Source: Octopus vulgaris (lineage: Eukaryota). Taken from it: a DNA stretch of 64,000 nt. Below the pieces are notes generated by a model that worked only from the letters and a program-made list of their open reading frames with translations, had not been told where the DNA came from and did no database searches. Of the stretch, positions 30,486 to 43,254 are shown piece by piece (the first letter of the stretch is position 1; the number at the start of each line of letters is the position of its first letter). A program made the translations under genes and the position numbers. The stretch is taken from assembly GCA_951406725.2 (NCBI GenBank), contig OX597819.1, forward strand, positions 27,714,001 to 27,778,000, read 5' to 3'.

Positions 30486-30547
<62 letters not shown>

Positions 30548-30607
30548 AAATGTATATACATATATATATTTATATATAAACATACATATACATACATATA
30601 TATATAT

Positions 30608-30652
<45 letters not shown>

Positions 30653-31022
30653 AATATATGAGTGTATTGATATTCATATACATTCATGTATACATATATA
30701 CATCCCTATATATTTTCGTATAAGTGTGTGTATGTGTGTGTGTGTATGTACATAGGTGCATATATATGTGTTTGGTTGTACACATAACAGATGGAAGAAC
30801 TCAATGTAAGCAGTAGAGCTTGTTCGGATTTCCGTTTCCCTATCTCAAGGCAACCAAGGAGGAACGGAAACGGGAAATACGATGAGGTAAGGTAAAGTCC
30901 CTATTCCGTATAAATAAAAGCTATGCGTGTGTATACAAATATCCAAATACGTATGCATCTAAATGGAGATGTCTGTGTAGTATGAATATATATTATATGT
31001 GTGTGTGTTGTGTATAATATAC

Positions 31023-31075
<53 letters not shown>

Positions 31076-31284
31076 GTATGTATGTATGTATGTATGTATG
31101 TATGTATGTATGTATGTATGTATGTATGAATGAATATATATATATATATATATACATAAACATACATACTTTATTTAAAAGCAGCAGAAATATATTTCTG
31201 CTCTTTTAAATAAAGCATATTACTCTACCTCTGGAATTTGAGAACTCTTTTTTCCACCTTGTTTCGTATTTGTGTGCTTACTCC

Positions 31285-31322
<38 letters not shown>

Positions 31323-31327
<5 letters not shown>

Positions 31328-32475
31328 GATGCGTAAGGTATTTTAGGACATACCTCTTTGAGGGTTTTGCTGCATTTCTTACTAACTCTGTATAATCTTT
31401 ATTTCAGAAAATAATAAATGGTAGACCCTCAGCTTCCTCAAGAAATAAAGAGGCATGCTATTATTGTGTTTATTAAGGCTGAGCATAGCGATTTAGAAAT
31501 ATCTCGACTTTTAAAAGTTGCCAGATCTTTCATCTACAGGGTTTGTAAGGACTGAAGATGGAAACGTAACACTAGTATCAAAGTATAAAAAGCATTCTAA
31601 GCGCACTAAAATCATCAGAACACCTGAATTTATCCAGCAAGTTCAACAGACTGTTGATTACAATCCCAGAAAGTCCATGCGGTCAAGTGCAGAAGATCTC
31701 TATGTTTTAGAAGGAACAGTCAGAAATATTATTTTTTTTTTTTTTATCTAGTTTCAGCTCACAAGCTGTGGCCATGCTGGGGCACCGCCATTTGGTGTTG
31801 CTACATGATTTTACTTCACGAATGCTTTTTAGCAATTGCGATTTGGTGCATGAGAGAGTTCGATGCAGCTGCCCTCATCTGCACCTCCTGCCGTGAAGTT
31901 GGTTCATCTGGAACAACTGACAAGAAGAGATCCAGTTTTATTTTAAAGACATCTGCATCCACCCCATGCAGGTCTCTTAGGTTCTTCGGGAGGATATTGA
32001 AGAGCTGTGGGCCTCGGAAGCCCAGGCTATCACAGTATCTTGTCCTACATCTTGATGGCAAATTTGGAGTCCTTGGCACTGTGCACGAAGGTATATATAT
32101 ATTGTCCACGAAGTTATATATATATCAGTTATAAGTCTTATATGATGAAGAAAGGTTAATTTGTCAGAAAAAGCAAAAGAAAACCACTACACAAGATCTA
32201 AAAGCTTCTTAAGCAAACTGAAAATTCAGGCAGAAAAAGATTTGATTTGATTTCTCTCAAATGGGAAGAACTTCGACCAAGATCAAAAAGTTAACAGGAG
32301 AAATGACAGATGGCTGTGTGCAGACCTTTCTGAAGTTCCAAATGTTATGCATACAAAATTTCCTGCAACTGTAATGGTTTTAAGGGTTGTCAGCAATGAA
32401 GGACATGTGATGCCTCTTTACTTCTTTCCACAAGGCCTTAGAGTTAACTGTGCCGCCTGCATTGTGGTCCTGGAA

Positions 32476-32476
<1 letters not shown>
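31323..32476 (+). mobile_element. Tc1/mariner-superfamily transposase relic, maT/DD37D-like
   Basis: ATG at 31418 MVDPQLPQEIKRHAII...LEISRLLKVARS; IRTPEFIQQVQQTVDYNPRKSMR; after the LINE insert, KNFDQDQKVNRRNDRWLC...TKFPATVMVLRVVSNEGHVMPLYFFPQGLRVN. Frameshifted and truncated; starts TA|CAGG. Confidence 0.85.
31731..32085 (-). mobile_element. LINE 3' fragment (same group) inserted into the transposase relic
   Basis: RTRYCDSLGFRGPQLFNILPKNLRDLHGVDADVFKIKLDLFLSVVPDEP, 3' stem-loop and poly(A). Confidence 0.88.
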
Positions 32477-32570
<94 letters not shown>

Positions 32571-32772
32571 CCATTTATAAAGACCTGGAAGTTAGACTAG
32601 GAAATGAACAATACAAAGGAACTCAATGCTTGCTGAACACTCGCGATTTATTCATAATGTTCTTGCCAAATGCAATTTGTTATTTAGAAAATCGCGAAAG
32701 CAGTTCATGAACCCATTGCACCAGCCTACACGTGCGCGCGTGAGCGTGTGTATGTATGTATGTGTGTATGTA

Positions 32773-33256
<484 letters not shown>

Positions 33257-33594
33257 CTATGTATGTATATATATATATATATATATACGCAGCAGGAAAG
33301 GGGTGCGAAAAAGTTCTAGTATCAACAAGACTATCTACATGATCTTCTTGAGGAGACCTTATTAGATCCAGGCTCCCAGAGATACTAACTTCACAGTTCT
33401 AGACCGTTGTACTTTCTTGATCCGTACTTCTGCTTGGATCATGGCATTCCCTTACTTGGTATCTGCTTTCATTCGTTGTTGGAAATAAGAGAAACACCGA
33501 GACCTTGCCATCCTATATATGTAATTCTATTGATATCGCGTGGCTGTAGCATGCTTTCATACTGTAGTGACACTTGCATGTCTGACACGATCAT

Positions 33595-33681
33595 CCTAGG
33601 TGTCTCTTTTTCCGAACCGCTAAGTTAAACACCAACATCGGTTGTCAAACGATGATGGTAGGGACAAACACAGACACACAA

Positions 33682-33767
<86 letters not shown>

Positions 33768-33922
33768 GACGGACTTTTTTCAGCTTCCGTCTACCAAATC
33801 CACTCACAAGGCTTTGGTCGGCACGAGGCTATAGCAGAAGGCACTTACCCAAGGTGCCACACAGTGGGACTGAACCCGGAACCATGTAGTTGGTAAGCAA
33901 GCTACTTACCGCACAGCCACTC
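33595..33922 (-). mobile_element. SINE family A, 3'-truncated
   Basis: Reverse-complement match. Confidence 0.85.
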
Positions 33923-34065
33923 TTCATATGTGTATACATGACTGTGGGTGTGTCTGTGTGCTTATATGCCGGTGAATATGCGTGCATATACCAATGAAAA
34001 TATCTCTCGGTACATATATAAGTATATACATAAATATATGTATGTGTGTATATGTATGTGTATAA

Positions 34066-34125
<60 letters not shown>

Positions 34126-34149
34126 TTGTATGGTTGTGTATAGTTTTGT

Positions 34150-34495
34150 GCGTAGGAGTGGCTGTGTGGTATCTGTATATGTGTATAGCCGGTCCACCAA
34201 TGCCTTGTGAGTGGATTGGTAGACGGAAACTGAAACTTTGTATATATGTATATATATATGTGTGTGTGTGTGTTGTTTGTGTGTCTGTGTTTGTCCCCCT
34301 AGCATTGCTTGACAACCGATGCTTGTGCGTTTACGTCCCCGTAACTTAGCGGTTCGGCAAAAGAGACCGATAGAATAAGTACTGGGCTTACAAATAATAA
34401 GTCCCGGAGTCGATTTGCTCGACTAAAAGGTGGTGCTCCAGCATGGCCGCAGTCAAATGACTGAAACAAGTAAAAGAGTAAAAGAGTAAGAGTAT
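34150..34495 (+). mobile_element. SINE family A with internal deletion
   Basis: Consensus match. Confidence 0.85.
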
Positions 34496-35401
34496 ATCTA
34501 CGTATAATCACATGTATATTTCTACATATGTCTGTGTGTGCTTGTACGTGTGTTAGTGTGCATATATGAGTATGGCCTGTCTATGAGCATATGATATACG
34601 TAAGCGTCTGTGTAAAATATGTATAATGTGCATATGTGTGCGTGTACTTTTGTGAGTGTATTTGTAAGATATGTATGGTTATAGGTGTGTACGTTGGGAT
34701 GTGGGATCAGGAGAAAAAAATCTTGTTTCCTCGACGACTGTGGTGAAGGGAAATATTTGACAGTGCTAATAGGAACCGAAACAACATGAATCAAAATCTC
34801 CCACATCGTCCTCATCTGATCCCAGAACTCTTGATAACCTCATTCGCACAACGCCAGAAAACTTCCCGCAGTGTTACTTTGCTACAAGATACGAGAATGT
34901 GACTTGTTACACACAACACTCCCTCCTACAAATATTCACAAAATACGAAAACTATTTCGGAAATCCTTTTACATGATAAAACATATATGATATCATCGTA
35001 ATATGTTTGTAGTAAATGCTCTTCTAAACGGCTGTGCTCTCTCTCTCTCTCTTTCATTCTCTCCCCCTCTCTCTCTCTCTCTTTCATTCTCTCTCTCGCT
35101 TGCTGTGTGTATACACACATACATACACACGCACACATTTATATATATCCATTGACGATATATGCCTTCATACATACACACAAACACACATATACACCAC
35201 ACACACACACACACACACACACATATGCATATATATGCATACGAATATATTTACGTGTATATGTTTGTGTGTACGCGCGTGTATGTGTATACGACCTTCA
35301 TTATTTTTATCTTTTATAATAAACCCTTCAAAGTAGTGCCCCTGCATGGCCGCAGTCTAATGACTCAAACAAGTAAAAGAATACAAGAAAAAGAGTAAAC
35401 A

Positions 35402-35601
35402 TAGGCGTAGGAGTGGCTGTGTGGTAAGTAGCTTGCTTACCAACCACATGGTTCCGGGTTCAGTCCCACTGCGTGGCATCTTGGGCAAGTGTCTTCTGCT
35501 ATAGCCCCGGGCCGACCAATGCCTTGTGAGTGGATTTGGTAGACGGAAACTGAAAGAAGCCTGTCGTATATATGTATCTATATATATGTATATGTATGTG
35601 T
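35402..35601 (+). mobile_element. SINE family A, 5' half (ends at the gap)
   Basis: Consensus match. Confidence 0.88.
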
Positions 35602-35701
35602 NNNNNNNNNNNNNNNNNNNNNNNNNNNNNNNNNNNNNNNNNNNNNNNNNNNNNNNNNNNNNNNNNNNNNNNNNNNNNNNNNNNNNNNNNNNNNNNNNNN
35701 N
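35602..35701. other. Assembly gap (100 N)
   Basis: Run of N. Confidence 1.
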
Positions 35702-36657
35702 TATATAAAGATTTGTGCACCAACTAAAACATTCGGTTGTGCAAATTGTTTGCAGAGGAAACCTGCCCTGTGTGGCGGTAATTGCCGTTTTTGTGGATCT
35801 GTTTCAGCTTTTTTAGCGATTTCTGTTTTGGCGACTTCAAGCCATGAAGTCGTTGTTCTAAAAGAACGCTGGTCTCCTTGACAACGCATTACGACGTTGA
35901 TTTCCTTACACTCCCTTCCCCACAGCTTCACGAGGGAGGGAAGAAGGGGGAGAAGCAAGCAACACAGGTGCAGATGTGAGCATGGACGCCAACTCCGCCG
36001 CCATCGACACACGAAAAAATATGCATTAAAATGGAATTAAAAAATGATGTTAAATTATTTTTAAAATCGTAGACTCATCGTAGACGCGCGCTAATAGCCA
36101 GACGGGCTCGATATGAATCACGACTATAAGATACCCGATTTAGATTCCTAACTACTCCCACATTTTGCGGTGCAGTTTAACCAAAACCGGGTATCTTATA
36201 GTCGTGATTCATATCGAGCCCGTCTGGCTATTAGCGCGCGTCTACGATGAGTCTACGATTTTAAAAATAATTTAACATCATTTTTTATTCCATTTTAATG
36301 CATATTCTTTCGTGTATCGATGGCGGCGGAGTTGGCGTCCACGCTCACGCCCGCACCTGTGTTGCTTCTCCCCCTTCTTCCCTCCCTCGTGAAGCTGTGG
36401 GGAAGGGAGTGTAAGGAAATCAACGTCGTAAAGCGTTGTCAAGGAGACCAGCGTTCTTTTAGAACAACGACTTCATGGCTTGAAGACACCAAAACAGAAA
36501 ATGTCTACGATGAGTCAACGATTTTAAAAAAAAATTTACCATAATTTTTTTTCCATTTTTAATGCATTTTTTTGCTATTTTTTGGCTATAACTCTCTAAA
36601 AATGCTTATATAGTTATTTCCCTTACAAACCCGAGCAACGCCGGGCGATACTGCTAG
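35702..36657 (+). mobile_element. Helitron-like element with a long internal inverted repeat
   Basis: 3' CCCGAGCAACGCCGGG hairpin plus TGCTAG|T (36654-36658); arms 35820-36137 and 36188-36500; 5' end runs into the gap. Confidence 0.6.
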
Positions 36658-36901
36658 TAGTCAATAATAAAAGGGTAAAATTAATTAATTATCAATTAAT
36701 AATTTTACCAAGGAGTGTTCAGTATGTAAAAAGACCATTTACGGTATATTTAAAACATTACGTTATATAATTAGGGTTCAGGAAAAAAAATTTACTTTAC
36801 CACACACCGAACTTTTAGAAATAGCAGCCAAAAAATTTTAGCTATTTCCTCTACTATAAGAAAAGTCTTCCAGACAATGTATACTCAAAAATAATTCACG
36901 T

Positions 36902-37095
36902 AGGTATAGAGGGAAAAATAACGAAAGACCACACGTACGTCGATTACTTGAGAACGCCGTTTCTGGATTAGTTAGATATAGAGATGCTAGAAATACATAC
37001 TCCTATCAACATTTCCGTCATCTAACTAATTCAGAAACGGCGTTCTCAAGTAATCGATGTACGTGTGGTCTTTCGTTATTTTTCCCTCTATACCT
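36902..37095. repeat. 76-bp inverted repeat with 42-bp spacer
   Basis: 36902-36977 versus 37020-37095, about two mismatches. Confidence 0.9.
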
Positions 37096-37097
37096 TG

Positions 37098-38761
37098 GTC
37101 ATTTTATCGATCTCGTTTGCCGAACCGCTAAGTCGATTATGTTTGTCGAACCACTAGTTATTTTATCGATCTTGTTTGTCGAACCGCTGAGTCATTCTAT
37201 CGATATTGTTTAATGAACCGCTAAGTCATTTTATTGATCATTTTGGCGAACCGCTATGTCATTTTATCGATCATTTTTGGCGAACCGCTAAGTCATTTTA
37301 TCGCTCTCGTTCGGCAAACCGCTAAGTCATCGATAATGTTTAGCGAAACGCAGTCATTTTATCGATCATGTTTGGCGAACCACTAAGTCATTTTATCGAT
37401 CCCGTTTAGCGAAACGCTTGATCATTTTATCGATCTCGTTTGGCGAACAGCTAAGTCATTTTATCGATCTTGTTTCGCGAACCGCTATGTCATTTTACCG
37501 ATCACGGTTGGCGAAACAGAAAGTCATTTTATCAATCATATTGGGCGAACCGCTAAGTCATTTTATCGATCATGTTTGTTGAAGCGCTAAGTCATTTTAT
37601 CGATCTCGTCATTTTATCGATCATTTTTTACGAATCGCTGTCATTTTATCGATCTTATTTAGCGAACAGCTAAGTCATTTTATCGAACTCGTTTAGCGAA
37701 CCACAAGGTCATTTTATCGATCTCGTTTGGCGAACTGCTAAGTCATTTTATCGTCACAGTTGGCGAAACACTAAGTCAATTTATCGATCTCGTTTGTTGA
37801 ACCGCTACGTCATTTTATCGATCATGTTTGGCGAACCGCTATGTCATTTAATCGATCTCGTTTGCCGAAACGCCAAGTTATTTTATCGATCATTTTTGGC
37901 GAACGGCTAGGTCATTTTATCGATCTTGTTTAGCGAACCCCTATGTCATTTTATCGATCTCTTTTGTCGAACCGCTAAGTCTTTTTATCGGTCTCGTTTG
38001 GTGAACCGCTAAGTCATTTTACTGATCACGGTTGGCGAAACAGAAAGTCATTTTATCAATGATGTTTGGCAAACCGCTAAGTCATTTTACCGAGATCGTT
38101 TGTTGAACCGCTAAGTTATTTTATCGATATTTTTAGCGAACCGCTAGATCATTTTATCGATCACGGTTGGCGAAACAGAGTCATTTTAATCAATCATGTT
38201 TGGCGAACCGCTAAGTATTTTACCGATATCGTTTGTTGAACCGCTACGTCATTTTATCGATCTTGTTTAGCGAACCGCTAAGTCATTTTATCGATATCGT
38301 TTAGCGAACCGTACGGTCATTTTATCGATCTGGTTTGTCGAACTGCTAAGTCATTTTATCGATCACGGTTGGCAAAACACTAAGTCATTTTATCGATCTC
38401 GTTTGGCGAAATGCCATGTCATTTTATCGATCATGTTTAGCGAACCGCTAAGTCATTTTGTCGATCTCGTTTTGCGAACCGCTACGTCATTTTATCGATC
38501 TCGTTTGGCGATCCGCTAAGTCATTTTATCGATAACTTTTTTGAACTGCTAAGACATTTTATCGACTCGTTTGGCGAAACGCTAAGTAATCATTTTTGGC
38601 GAACCGCTAAGTCATTTTATCGATCTTGTTTAGTGAACCGCTACGTCATTTTATCGATCTGGTTTGGCGAACCACACGGTCATTTTATCGATCATGTTTG
38701 TCGAAACGCTAAGTCATTTTATCGATCATTTTTGGCGAACCGCTAAGTTATTTTATCGATC
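37098..38761. repeat. ~34-bp tandem satellite, about 49 diverged copies
   Basis: Consensus GTCATTTTATCGATCTCGTTTGGCGAACCGCTAA, head to tail, no spacers. Confidence 0.95.
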
Positions 38762-38888
38762 TAAATAAGAATTAGACTTTTCTGTTATATTTTCTCTAAT
38801 GAACTAGAATACCTATGTTTCGAATTTCATCGAATTTGCAGATGAGGCTTATTTCCCTCTTTACACACCCAAACAAAATTGATTTTTA

Positions 38889-39349
38889 TGCGCATATTCC
38901 AAAATTCCAGTCTAATTGAACCTGTTAAAAAGATTTTGCTCCTGAAAGATTTTGCTCCTAAAATGTGAGAGTTGAGGTCCTTGTTGGGGGTGGGCATCTT
39001 AATGTCAACCAGAGAAGTTGAATTGTTGAGAATCTTTTTAACTTGGGTCTTTTTTGTTTGAATTTCTTTGAAATAGGAAATATATGTTCACTGGGTTTGT
39101 AAAAGAGAGCAAAGCTACAGGAAACCAAAAGACGAATGATCACAATATGCAATCAGCTACAGTACCCTAGTCGTTACCACTCCAATTGTAGTATTCCTCA
39201 CCATCCAGGTGACAGGCACAGCCGTAAGATGCATTACGAATCTATAGCAATTGGAAGGGCGTGACCCAACTGAAATAATCATTAACAACTGTGTGACGTG
39301 AAGGCTAAGGAGAAATGAAAGTTGGAGTTTGCAAATGACCACTATACTG
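38889..39349 (-). mobile_element. Truncated copy of the 16611-18102 element
   Basis: Reverse complement of about 17590-18062; homology stops where the HHR direct repeat begins. Confidence 0.75.
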
Positions 39350-39408
39350 TGCCGCTGAAGAGGGGAAAATTTCTTGTGAATTAACCCCGAAATTGGACCA
39401 ATACAGTA
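39350..39408 (+). ncRNA. Type I hammerhead motif, repeat copy 1
   Basis: UGCCG-CUGAAGA-GGGG(19 nt)CCCC-GAA-AUUGG A CCAAU-A-CAGUA; AUA triplet, cut after 39403; one mismatch in stem I. Confidence 0.7.
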
Positions 39409-39797
39409 ATAACGAATTTTTTAGAGATTTCTATCGGTTTGTTTCGAGACGCATAAATTTAATGGTTATCGACAATTTTTTTGTTTTCGGCGTATCTGGC
39501 ATTACAATTTTTCTTCTGCCCTTATCTTGTAAATTATGTATAAATTTTACCTTTAAAGGCATTTTTTGATATGCTGGCCATTGATAAAAAATTTTTCCCG
39601 AAAAAAATTTTATCCTATATCAATTATAAATAGACTAGTGTTCACTTCCGGATTCTATCACTCTGTGAAAGTTTCTAGTTCGAATCACACGTGTCTCGAG
39701 GTGCGCCGAAGATTTTTCTATTTTTGATATATTTGGGGACTTGGTGCTTGCTTCTTCCGTGGGTATGAATAAATATTTCATTTATATCTCGCGTATG

Positions 39798-39856
39798 TGC
39801 CGCTGAAGAGGGGAAAATTTCTTGTGAATTAACCCCGAAATTGGATCAATACGGTA
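39798..39856 (+). ncRNA. Type I hammerhead motif, repeat copy 2
   Basis: UGCCG-CUGAAGA-GGGG(19 nt)CCCC-GAA-AUUGG A UCAAU-A-CGGUA; stem I fully paired with one GU; cut after 39851. Confidence 0.75.
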
Positions 39857-40059
39857 ATAACGAATTTTTTAGAGATTTCTATCGGTTTGTTTCGAGACGC
39901 ATAAATTTAATGGTTATCGACAATTTTTTGTTTTCGGCGTATCTGGCATTAGAATTTTTCTTCTGCCCTTATCTTGTAAATTATGTATAAATTTTGCCTT
40001 TAAAGGCATTTTTTGATAGGCAGTATCTCATATTTTTGTTTGCTCACACAATTTATCTT

Positions 40060-40093
<34 letters not shown>

Positions 40094-40154
40094 CACATAC
40101 ACACACATATATATATATATGGATTTCGTAGACAGAAGCTTAAAGAAATCAATC

Positions 40155-40206
<52 letters not shown>

Positions 40207-40712
40207 AAAGGTATATATATATACCTTTAAAGGCATTTTTTTTATATATAACAACAATACTAGTAATAATAATAATAAATTTAAAAAAACTTATATAGTT
40301 ATTTATTTCTATTTGTTTATTTATCTGTGTATTTATTATGTTTTCGGGATCCACTACCGTCATATGTTTTGGTGTGTGCTAGTGTTCCATTCTAGTTTCC
40401 TTACACAGATAAATAAACAAATAGAAATAAATAACTATATAAGTTTTTTTTTATTTATTCTTATTATTACTAATATTGTTGTTATACATACATACATACA
40501 AGCATATGTAATGATAATAATAAGTGGATGTAAACACATGAACAAAATAAGAATAAACAAAAACAACAACAAGAGTGTGACGAAAGAACTCTGGCCGAAA
40601 TAAGATTAAGATTAATGTAAAAAAAATAAATAACACTGAAGCAAAATAACACCAAATATATAGTGCGTGTGTTTTTATTGGCTAAACTGGCAAAATGACC
40701 ATTCCGAAATAT

Positions 40713-40794
<82 letters not shown>

Positions 40795-41039
40795 ATATAT
40801 ATATACATCTACACATATACATGTATACATATACAGCTATACACACATATACACACACACATAAGATAGGTGCAGGTGTGGCTGTGTGGTAACAAAATTC
40901 GTTCCAAACACATGGTCCTTGGTTTAAATTTAAATTTAAAATAATAAGGGTGAGAAATTGAATATTAAATTGATTAATATGAATTGAAATCCAGTGGTGT
41001 GGCATATAAGACCATAGCGGATTTTCTTCTAGCAAAATG

Positions 41040-41384
41040 GATGTCCACTGTTAATGGTTCATCCCTCTTATATAATAGTTTGACTTTAATAGTTTCAGTA
41101 TTAAAGTGAAAGTATCTGACATTACAATAGAGAGATGTTTTTGTTTCACTTTTAACACGTAATACTGAAATAGTGAAGAAGATAGGCAAGAAATTAGAAA
41201 TTTTTTGCCCATGACACTAAATGGACCCTAAGGTATGTGTAAAATTTGAATGAAATTGGTTGTGTAGTTCTCAAATTTTAGGGATTCATAGTGGAGAAGA
41301 TGTGATATTGCTGTGTGATTCACACAGAGATTCACGCAGACAGACAGATAGACAGACACACATTCTCAGTTTTATATATAGAGA
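41040..41384 (-). mobile_element. 5' part of the same Helitron-like family
   Basis: 41100-41384 aligns with about 8027-8289, including the TC..TATATATAAAACTGAG start; left boundary uncertain. Confidence 0.7.
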
Positions 41385-41864
41385 TATTGATTGATTGATT
41401 GAATCTTCCATGTATTAACACGTAGCTCCTTGCAACAATGTAAACTTTCATTTAATCAAGATATCCTTGGCCTGGGGAGTAGCCAGCGATATACACCTCG
41501 CTTGGATATTTACCTCTTCCGAGGTTCCGCTCGCTATGAAACATATGTAGCCCGCATCTTAACTCCATTCCTTAACTCGTGCGTGTGAGTGTGTGTGCGT
41601 GTAGTGATATATATATATATATGTGTGTGTGTGTGTCTATATCTTTATGCATACAGATAAAAATATGCATGAATGTATCTGTCTATCTATTTATACATGC
41701 ACTAACACACACACACGCACACACACTGACACATACAAGCACACATACATGCATATACAGAATATGCATGCGTATATTTATATGCGTGTGCCATATACAT
41801 ATGTATCTGTATAAATGCATTGCATATACTCACATACATACGCACACGCATACTACAAACACAC

Positions 41865-42398
41865 AAACGGAATTGTTAGCGCGCCGAACAAATGCTTAGC
41901 GGAAATTCTATCGACTCTTTACATTCTTAGTTCAAATCAAGCAGAGGCCAACTTTGCCTTTCGTCCCTTCGAGGTCGATAAAATAAAGTACCATTCAAGT
42001 ACTAGTTTTCGATGTACTAGTTTTAACTTTCCTCTGCCCCTCAAAATTGCTAACTTTGAACCCTACTACGTACCGGCATCTTGCTCAGGGTGGGGAGGGT
42101 TCTCGATCATTTATACGCCATGGAAACCGAGTAAACGGCCTTATGAGTCCCATGGTTCAAGAGAAAAAAATATATATTGTTCATTTGTAATATTGGTTTC
42201 ACATTTTAGCACAAGGCCAGCAATTTGGGTAGAGGGTTTAAGTCGATTACATCGACACCAGTACTCGTTTTATTGACCCCGAAAGGATGAATGGCAAAGT
42301 CGACCTCGGCGGAAGTGGAATTCAGAATGTAAAGACGGATAAAATGCGACTAAGCATTTTGTCCGGCACGCTAATGATTCTGCCGGCTCGCTGCCTTA
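41865..42398. mobile_element. Two diverged SINE family B copies (+ then -)
   Basis: Central-domain matches at about 41930-42000 (+) and 42240-42395 (-); further copies at about 2632-2830, 3535-3670 and 42965-43250. Confidence 0.75.
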
Positions 42399-43254
42399 TG
42401 ATCATATACAATATTCATACATATTTGCTTTCCCTGTAAATTTAGACCCCCACCCACCCCACGAGCGTTATATCAGCAACTTGGGAGCAGCAATCAGTCA
42501 CAAATCTTAATTACGTTTTAATAATTAACCTTCTGCTATAATTACCGATAGTTTGGAAAAGGGGTAGAATTGAACAAATTCTGAGAAGCTGCTAAATAAC
42601 GATGAAACCTGCTGAGCCGAATGTCAATCTAAAGCCGTCGCAAAATTCCGTCTTGGGGGTTAATTACACAGTGAGACTAAATACATATGAATGTGGTTCC
42701 ATGTGTTTATTTTTTTTTTTTTTCATTTTAAAGGGCTTCGTCAGTAGGAAGGAGCAACAGTGCCCATGGTCTTTGCCGACCTTTCCACGTTTTTGAGATT
42801 GTTATGATTGACATTCGGTTTCAACATCTGCAAATCGATATCAACAGAGGGTTCTTTTTTTTTTTTTTTTTTGCTTAAGTCAGGAAGAAGGGATAGTGTC
42901 CGTGACCTTTGCAAGCCCCCCGGGATCAGTGCATTCGATGCCATTAATGTTTGATTTAAGCTGAAGGCGGCGAGAAGGCAGAAATTACGCGCTTCCTTGA
43001 AATTGCTGGCCTTGTGCTAAAATTGGAATCATTATAATTACTATTAAGGCCACGAGCTGGTAAGGTCGTTACCACGCCGGACAAAAAGCTCAGTGGCATT
43101 TCGTTCGTATTTACGTTCTGAGTTCAAATTCTTAGCCTTTCATCCCTTTCGAGGTCGATAAAATAAGTACCAGTTGAGTACTGAAGTCGACGTAATCGAC
43201 TTAACCTCTCCCCCCACCAAATTTCAGGCCTTGAGCCTTTAGTAGAAATAAGCC

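Larger units (their letters stand above)
39348..40018 (+). mobile_element. Retrozyme / Penelope pseudo-LTR-like element: two ~224-bp direct repeats, each starting with an HHR
   Basis: 39348-39571 and 39796-40018 are near identical (period 448 bp); the unique middle contains TATAAATA at 39625; no ORF. Confidence 0.75.

Noticed and set aside
31553-31572. CTGAAGA-TG-GAAACGTA hammerhead-like words
   Set aside because: No stem II or stem I, and it lies in transposase coding sequence; chance match.
37098-38761. CRISPR-like array (34-bp, partly palindromic repeats)
   Set aside because: Units are head to tail with no unique spacers, there are no cas genes, the context is eukaryotic and the unit matches a SINE segment.
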